Assembly (NCBI GenBank): GCA_002633005.1
Contig: NMRA01000100.1
Span: 889,822 to 953,821 of the forward strand
Reading direction: 5' to 3'
Length of the DNA stretch: 64,000 nucleotides
From: Phoronis australis
Lineage: Eukaryota; Animalia; Phoronida
Shown here: positions 53,666 to 64,000 of the stretch, piece after piece
How the letters are laid out: each line of letters starts with the position of its first letter
Numbering within the stretch: the stretch's first letter is position 1
Position numbers and translations under genes: made by a program
The notes under the pieces: model-generated
Database searches by the model: none
What the model saw: the letters and a program-made list of their open reading frames with translations, nothing else
Told to the model about the DNA's origin: nothing

Positions 53666-56600
53666 TAGAATTTATGAAAAATTGAACCATTGAATGTTTG
53701 GTTTCACTGCTTTCAAAGTTGAGACTATTATACGTTAATATTGTACATTAATGTTGTACATTAATATTGTGCATTTATATTGTGCATTAACATTATTGTA
53801 TATTAAAGGGACGTTATCAGTTTTATAGCTTTTGGGATAACTGTTGGATACTACTTTCCCACTGACCAAACTGGAGTAAAGATCGGTGTAACATACCTTT
53901 AGCTAATTAAGATAAGCAACCGTGTTATATTGCCAACGTTCCACTGAACTGGATTTACAGCCATCTCAGGAAATATATGACCAAAGATGGGGTATGTGTT
54001 GACCATTTGAAACCAGACCCTGGTGAAGGTGAAGTCAAAATGGAGTAGAAGGAATGATCATTCAATTTGCATTGCCACAGGTTTACCAGGGTTGCAGTTT
54101 CAAATGGACACCAATTTGAACTTGTCTTTCTGGGAGCTCGTGATACTTTTTACACCAAGACACTAATGCTGATGCGATTCAAAGACAGACTGAATGGAGC
54201 ATAATGGCGCTAAGCTGAACATGCTCACGCAAACTCGTCAAAGCGACAGATTTTTTTTCTGCAGTACCCATATTTACTCCATTGAATTAAGCGCCCCCCA
54301 AACTTATGCTGCTAGATTGAATTTTACGTCGGTCACTAATCCCATGTTCTGGACAAAAGTAAATTTGATACTGCAGTAAATTTAGTCCTGTAGTAAGTAA
54401 CCTTTCCCACTAAAGTTAAGCGCTTGCGCTCAATAAAGTAAAGGGGGAGTAAAGGTTCAATGCAGTTATAGACTTTTTGAAGTTATAACTTTGAGCAGAG
54501 CTGTAAAACAACATCTGTTATGCTTTCATGATTTCATTACAAATTGCCAATTCTTGCCATTGTCGCCTAACCACTCTCTGAAATCAAGAGCAATGACTTG
54601 AACTGTTGAGATATGCTTACATAGGGTATTTCTGCCATTTGTCTACTGGGGTTCAGTTATTGCCAGCAAAGTGTTGGGCTGTGGTTATGGGTTTGATTCT
54701 GTATTGCATTTGATCTCAGAAGTTACTTTTTCCCGGTTGTCCCTTTAACAAGCGAGGGAGCGAGCGGACAATATGGCCAAATGTTTTGGTTTATGAGGTG
54801 AATGATGGAGTGTATTGGTGCTCACATTTGTTGAAGTGAAGACCAGATGTTTCCTTGTATGGTTGGCTGTATCAGCCACTACTGTGAACATAATGAGTTC
54901 AATGAAATGGTATACAGCACCCTTTAATTGAATTCATCCCTGACCAAACATGAGATGTATGCCTACAGTTTCCTCCTTAAGTATGTCACCGTGAAGGAAA
55001 AACATGTGTTCTATAGGGTAGTGTCAAAGCTGGGGAAATGTATTCAGTTGGACCACTTGAGTTTGTCTTGTCTGTTACTAGACAAAACCAAAAATCAGTA
55101 CTGGTAGATGTTTGGGTTGTTGACTGGATGTGTAGGTGAATACAACGAGATATAATTCTAAACTGTCCAAATGACCTCTCTTCAGATAATGTAGTTTATA
55201 GTGCTTCTCTGTTAGTCTGGCTGTCTGTCTAGTTAACAAACTAGAATGCCTCACATTCTTCCATGTTATTTTTAGACACATTTGTGAAAAGTGTAGGTCT
55301 CCCTCTCATGGTTTACTGATGCAGCTTGTGGAAATGAATCGGTGCTGTTTTTATTGTCTTCCTGATACTGTAGACAGTCTATTACATAGTTTTAGGCTCC
55401 CAATGGATATCAACATGAGCCTTTTTTCACGCTGTCACTGAGGTTTTCTATCTCCTGGTTTACAGAAATGAGCCTCATAGGCAGATTCTCAAGGTGACTT
55501 TATTGTTCATGTTGTAGATTATAAATCCCTGATTGATTGTCTGTACCCTAATATGGCATCTGCACTGCAGAACTTGGACAGACATTGATTTGCATCTCAC
55601 CTCCTGACAGGGCTACCTACTGTTTACAACACTGTACACTGTAATGTTCTCCTAAAATTGACCTATTCCCAGGATTTTGAGTGACGGCTTAACTATCCAA
55701 TCAGAACACAGCATTCTTAAAACACTTTCCTTTCCAAGCCACCATTTTATCTGACAAACAACACGTAGTCATGTAAACTTATTGTTTGTCGACTTTTTGC
55801 AAGGGGACGGAGCTTGCGATAGGTCAATAGCTGGACATCCCAAAGAATCTTGTGTCTAATGCCCCATTCACGAAAATGCTTTCCCGTTCGGCAGTAGCGA
55901 AAATGTCGGTCAGTTGCAAGTGTCAGTTTCGCTGATGTTGGTGGTGTGAGTCTGTACCCCAAAACTGCTGACATTTGCGTTATCATTTTTGTAGCTAAAC
56001 TGGTTACTTCAAGGGACACATTGAGTAGGTGCAGTGGAAAGAGGCCATGTGTTGTTCAATTCATTCCAGAGAGTGATCGCATTTTTGATAACAATTTTCA
56101 TTTTCAAAGTGATTCCGGTAGTGAGGAAACTAAGTAACTTTTGGCAAAAATTGACCCCTTCGCAGACAGCTCGAGCTCATCTGTCTGTGTACAACATTTT
56201 CTAATGAAAAACTGCTTCCGTTTAGATACAGAAAACCCCCGCTGGATGTTGCTGTATTAGTTTTCCCAACGAAAATTGTTCCCATAATGGGAGTTAGTCT
56301 GGCTACTGCCATAATGGCAGAGGTCTGAGTGTTGTTTTCAATGCAGTGTGCAGTTTTGTTCTGATTTACAGTGTCTTTTTAACTGGTATCTAGTTCAACA
56401 GTGCGAACAGAACTGATATTTTACTGACCATTTTAGTACTGTGAACCACAAGTTGTTTCAAAATGGAGTCAGCAAGTACTTTTTCCCTTGGTCACTCATG
56501 AACATGTGCACCAGTTGACCATGTGACCAGGAGAGCATTCCGTAAACTTAGTTTCTTACAAGAACAGCATGAACTAGCAAGACCTCGTAAAGTCTTGGGA

Positions 56601-56994
56601 GCTTATCCTGTCCAAGCAAAATGGTGGCCACCGAGTTGATTGGTTGGTGAGGTTGAAGTGTTGAATTATGGGATTGAAGTCTGCATTTCTGTGAAGATTT
56701 TTCATCGGGAGAGCAAGCTAATGTGTTGATCGAGGTCTAAGGAACTCTTAGATTCTGGTTTATATTCATATTCTTGTCTGGTCTATTTCCTGTCATTCAC
56801 AAGTGGCTGCAGGTTGGTACCAAAACACAGTTCACTGGATATGTCCAGTGGGTCATTGCCCTTCAGGTTGTTTAGCATAAAGTGTCAAATTCCCTGTCTT
56901 TAGTTTGTCACTGACTTATTGATTCCTTCCACAAAACCACTGCAATTCTACAGGAAGATTCCAAAGACTACCCCAGGATTGCTCGTTGGTTTTT

Positions 56995-57168
56995 GGCACC
57001 AAATGGCCAAGGTAGAGCTCAGAAAAGCTGACCCCTCGCTAAAAAGCACGACTTAGTGACATTACGGGTGATATTGCCGTGTATTTTAAATTAGAACACT
57101 TGATTTTTGGCTAGATTTTAGCGAGGTCCTAGCGTTACTGAACTCTACCCAGCTCTGTATGAAGTGCC
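56995..57168. mobile_element. Small palindromic MITE
   Basis: GGCAC..GGTAGAGCTCAG..CCTCGCTAAAA is mirrored by TTTTAGCGAGG..CTGAACTCTACC..GTGCC. Confidence 0.55.
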
Positions 57169-59603
57169 GGAGGGTAAAATGTCAATAAAATGTCAAAACT
57201 TGAATTACTCACTGCCTCATGAAAGGCATCCTTGTTAATTTATGATTATGGTATTTCCTTGCATTTCCTGTCCGCAAATCTCACGACCTTGGAAAAAGTG
57301 ACTTAATACACTCAATGACTATTAGCAAAGTCTGAAAATGTCAAATATGCCTGCAATGTTCTTTTGTATTCAGGTGGCTACCTGATGCTACAGGTACAGC
57401 ACTCATTGGGAGAACTTTTTAGGTTGAACCCCTGGTCTTATGAATGGTCATCGTGGCTCTCAAATTTCCATTTAGTCTTGTTGAAGAAGGCCATGAGTTG
57501 ATGTTCACTAACATCTTGTGTGTCGGTGCAGTTCATTCGAGTCTTAGTGTATAGTTGGTCTAAAGGAATTCTCAAGTACTACCAGAAAATTAAGTTTTAG
57601 AAAATTGTGTGCGTTCACAACATTGAATGTAGCCATTGAAAAATGAAAAAGTGCAATTTTTATTAATTATTTTTCTTCCAGTTTGGTCTGCATTTTGTGT
57701 AGCACATACCAGATTTTCAACTTTGGTATAGCCAGCTGTATTTCTGTGTGGAAAAAAAATTGACTGTTAAGAATGCATGCTGTTTGCAACTTTTCAAGCC
57801 TTGAAGTAAGCATTGTTATTATCGTTATCATTAATATTAATTATTATGGAAATACTTCAAACAATTGACAGACCTGTTGAATTTGTTTGAATTATTCAAT
57901 ACAAGCAAACACTGAGAACTCTTTACTCTATTATAGGCCTAATTTTTTCTGTATAGGTATCATCAAACATCAGCTGGTAAACATTGATTCGAGAAATAAC
58001 GAAATGGTAACTTTGGCAATTTTTATTGTTTGAAATAACCGAAGTTCTATCATGTTTATTTAAAGTTCTTTCTAGAATTACTTCAAGTAAGATTTGTGAT
58101 TTTGTTTCTGAGTTTGGCCTTATGTCAGAACAGTCTAGAATTCAGGGGCATGTCTTTCCATGAAAATCTGATGTGGAACAGGTGCATGAGTAGTTAACTC
58201 CCCTCAAAGGCCATACCACATATCTCTGGGTCTTTGATAAGGCCTTGATCTGTGTGTCTCACAGAAGCTTCATCAATCACGTTAACAGACTGTGGATGGA
58301 CTACTGTAGATGTTGAGTACATATCAGAGTTGTGCAGGTCTAGGTCATAGTGAGGGTTCATGCAGTAGGGTGAAAGACCTTAAGGGTGTTCCACCTCTCA
58401 GTCCAGGTGCTGAGATATTCCTAAGTTGATTCTTGCGCCATCTAATAAGTCAACAAATGCAAAATACCCCTGGACTTTCTACGCAGTATGGTTTCCATAG
58501 AGTAATTTTGTGTAACCCCTTAAAAGTGTGTTGATTATGTATTATTTTCTGTTGATTTGTAGTGCTGCTGTACAAACTAAGACTTTGTGGATGGAAACTC
58601 AGGTGTTCAGGCATGAAGTCTTATAATCTTATTTTGATTTAATTTCTCAACAAAAAGAAACATATTTTACTTCCTAACGTGGCAGGTCTGCACAGAAGTT
58701 TTTGGTTAGTAGTGGCAAAGAGCATACTAGTCATCATTTTGAAAAGTCGTAAATGTTGGTATTGACAAATACAGGTGCTAGTTAAAGAACTATATGTTGG
58801 TAACAAAATCGCTCAAAGATGGTATTACAACTCACCTACAAAATGTCAAAGTGAAATCGTGTTTCTGTAATCAAAACAAGATGCTTGTCTGAGAATTAGA
58901 TCACAGTAACCTGGCAACCTAAAAGTGTGAGTTATATGCTAAAATGCGAGTTATAATCTAAGAATTACGTGTCTCTTTATCATGTAAGGAATAACTGACT
59001 GTTTTATGAATGTGATTTCTGTCCCCCTTCAGCTGATATAGTATTTTGTTCGCATTTGATTGAGCTAAAATTAGGCAAGGAGGCTACCACTGCTGAGGAA
59101 TCTTTAGGTGTATGAAATGCGTGGTCAAACGTCCACCACAAAGTAGCTTGACCAAGTGTATGTGGGTTTGTAGAAAGAGGCTGAAGGGTGTCCCAAATCA
59201 GCAGGGTTGTGCCTACCTTGTCTCTTGATTGGAGCCAGACTGTTTCTGAATTGGACTCCACTTTCCTGAAACACTTTTCTCCTCCTCATATAATCACTTC
59301 AAGCTTTTTACAAGGTCTAAAGTTGAGCTAGTATTCTTAGTAAATCTGATACAGACTGTGTATTACAATATTTCCGGTTATACTTTTGTAATGTTTTCAT
59401 TTTCGTTATTCGATCCAAGTTAATATAAATTCTGCGGAGTTTTGTATTTTTAAGTACTTGCAAGTTTTAATCTTTGGCAAATTGAAATGGAAACTTCTTT
59501 TGGGAAATGCATTCTGCTAGCTACGTTGTTACTTAGTTTCTATTCGTCATGTATGGAATAGAAGGTTCACCACCCCTCAGTGTTTCCTGCTCATGTTTTC
59601 CAG

Positions 59604-59838
59604 ACCTTCACAGCATGGTGCAACTCCCATCTCCGAAAAGCCAAGACGTCAATAGAGGAGATCGATCAAGATTTTCGAGGCGGTTTAAAACTAATGCTGT
59701 TACTTGAGGTTATCTCTGGGGAAGAGCTGCCTAAACCAGACCGTGGCAGGATGAGATTTCACAAAATAGCCAATGTCAACAAGGCACTCGATTTCATCGC
59801 CTCCAAAGGCGTCAACCTAGTGTCAATTGGTGCTGAAG
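59604..59838 (+). CDS. ACTN: Alpha-actinin exon 2 (CH1 of the actin-binding domain)
   Basis: ttccag|ACC...G|gttcgt. Encodes [12 protein letters not shown]...[51 protein letters not shown]. Confidence 0.97.
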
Positions 59839-60237
59839 GTTCGTTATTCGCCACCAGGGGGGTATCATTTAATCAAAGGTTGTCATTTGTAGCAAAAATT
59901 ATTGTCTTTGATTTTTACAGGCACAAACTTAATTGAAGCGGTTTATGGTTATAGTCCATGTGTGTGAAGTCTGATTATGGAACAGTTGACATCAGTTCCC
60001 ATGTTTTGATCTTACAGCATCACGTTTTTATTTATGTGCCTATGACTGTCTTTTGTTCTCTTTTCCTGGTAAATTTAGGTATTGAACTTGATGTTCAGTG
60101 AGTCTACACTCAACTGAAAGTGAAAACGGTCATTCAAATCAGTATTGTATGTGTGGCGCAGTGCTCACATTCGTTATTTATAATGAAATATTTTGAAGTA
60201 AAATGTTTTGTCCACTATCTCGCAGTATTAAAAGTAA

Positions 60238-60405
<168 letters not shown>

Positions 60406-61290
60406 TGATTCTGAAATGTGATTTTTCAAATTGTTATAGTACTAAAGATGTTTCACTTCGCAACATCTCACTTGATTTCTTCTATTCATATTCTTATCAT
60501 AGCAATTTGTCTAGTTTCAATAAGATTGTCTGCTTTTCTCGTCGTTACAACTTTGCACATTTCATTATGCAAGACACTTGTGACAAATTTCGACTTACGG
60601 AACGGAAACAGTGAAAATTATCCCATAATTTAACATTCCAATTTGTCCGACCAATCTCTTCGACCAATCTCATTTAATTAGTGCATGGGAGTAAGGCTTA
60701 CTTTTGAAACATTCACCTTTCACTCGAATCGTGTTGTGTGATTTTGCACACTTTTGCCAAAGTCTAAAAAAACATTCTGTGGAACGCACCCCTGGTTCAG
60801 CTGAAAGTCGTTCAAAAGTGCATACTCTCACATGAGGTCTAGAGGCCTCAGTCTTGTTGGTTCATGTGTGTGTCCTCTCTTTACTGACTTACCACTGTCA
60901 GGTGGATAGAATTGGGATGAAAATTCACCTTTATTATCGTATAAATTGTCCATTAGTCAGCTTTACGCAAAAGAGTTGCTAGCGTCTGATCTACCACCAC
61001 ATTGTAGCCGTCCAGACTTACCAAGTTTTAACATTGTTCTCTTTGTTGCTGGGAGCACAAGCTGGTTTTTGCTTAATTCATGTGTTGGCTTGGTACGATA
61101 TATGAACCCCAATACAGCAGCATGCAGTTTGAAAAAAAAGTGGATAGATTAAAGAAACAAAAATTCATGTTGACAGCTTCAATGTATATAACAGTCACTT
61201 GTTGCTTTTGCGTCGTTTCAATGTTAATTAGAGTAGGATTTGCCGGATTGCACCTATGGGAGAGATTTTTTGTGTGTGTGCGCCTAGTAG

Positions 61291-61437
<147 letters not shown>

Positions 61438-61583
61438 TAACACGGTCTCATGTCGACTGAGGTGGTGTGGCCTACTAATGTCTTTGTAGTCGCTTCTTAA
61501 CGTCTACGTGCACTGCATGTTGGTCGCTACGGCGACTGTCTCCTTTCACTTTGTGTCTGTTTTGCTACCGTTTTGTTTTACAG

Positions 61584-61671
61584 AGCTGTCCGCTAAGGAG
61601 GGACTTCTCTTATGGTGCCAACGTAAAACACAACCTTATCGGAATGTTAACGTTAATAATTTCCACTTGAG
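61584..61671 (+). CDS. ACTN: Alpha-actinin exon 4b (paralogous alternative to 4a)
   Basis: ttacag|AG...AG|gtaata, 88 nt, same phases as 4a. Encodes (E)[28 protein letters not shown](S). Confidence 0.92.
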
Positions 61672-61745
61672 GTAATACACTAACCAATAAGGTAATACTG
61701 GGGGGAGGGGGTTGGGGGTGTTAGGGGGAGTGGCTATTGGGGAAN

Positions 61746-63407
<1,662 letters not shown>

Positions 63408-64000
63408 GGGAGGGGATTCCAACCTCTCTCTTCAGTAAATGACTTCCTTCACCAAAAATGTTTTCTTGTCGTTAAAACATGAATGAGTAAGCCAGTTTTG
63501 GTTAAAAATTGTATAATCCCCTATTAAACGTGAGGCAGTCTTTTCCTCAGTTGTGGTCTATAGCACTAATTTCAAGTGCATGCTATGGCCACTGAATTAA
63601 AAAGCCTTGTCAAATCAGTTTCCTGAGACTTTTTGTTATTTTGGTATTGTGAATCGCGAGGCAGTGTTAAAATAAATGATTAGGTATTATGAAATATACC
63701 CGGCATGCTTATTGGTCATTTTCAAGATTCAGACAATTCTTAAAAAATGACAACATTCATGAATGGTTGAAAGTGGATGACGACCACATTTGAACAAATA
63801 GAAGTGTTCGGTCATTAAACGTGGTGTGGATTCTCACTTCTTTTCAACGTGTGTCTCAGATCTTTTCTAACGACGTGTTTCCCTGTACATGTTTCAACTT
63901 TTCTAACTCTTAATTCGTTGTTATTGACAACCTTGCTCATCCGTAGTCTTCTTTAAGCTTGCCGATAGATTTATAGCAGAAGTTCTTTAGAGCCTTAACT

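Noticed and set aside
37579-55556. CArG (SRF) boxes at 37579-37588, 45587-45596 and 55547-55556 near alpha-actinin
   Set aside because: Plausible for a cytoskeletal gene, but roughly this many CC(A/T)6GG matches are expected by chance in ~25 kb of AT-rich DNA.
39164-59603. Numerous 60-100 aa ORFs in alpha-actinin intron 1 as a nested gene
   Set aside because: No recognisable domains or phase-consistent exon chains. Many start at non-ATG codons and their lengths fit chance.

Overview
This is eukaryotic, AT-rich, intron-rich DNA from an invertebrate animal (probably a lophotrochozoan; the species cannot be determined), not prokaryotic DNA. It holds three genes. (1) The 3' part of DCAF5/WDR22 on + (exons 437-8921). 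(2) A minus-strand, multi-exon, probably extracellular gene, or pair of gene fragments, with a C-type-lectin domain (29771-27756) and a REJ/polycystin-1-like module (20295-17795), apparently truncated or decaying. (3) The 5' part of alpha-actinin on + (ATG 39077, 20.4-kb first intron). The most striking signal is in alpha-actinin. The 88-nt exon at the start of CH2, which carries the PIP2-binding segment, is present as two anciently diverged tandem copies (61349-61436 and 61584-61671) that look mutually exclusive. Around them are a candidate branch point 42 nt from the upstream donor, an AG-free zone, ACTAAC and TGCATG motifs and small hairpins. Two near-identical duplications abutting single 'n' characters (229-1435/1607-2813 and 60097-61744/61746-63407) are most likely uncollapsed haplotypes. 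The remainder is MITEs, a foldback element, and Gypsy, LINE, mariner, THAP and SINE remnants. Exon coordinates were read by hand, and protein family calls rest on recalled sequences rather than database searches.
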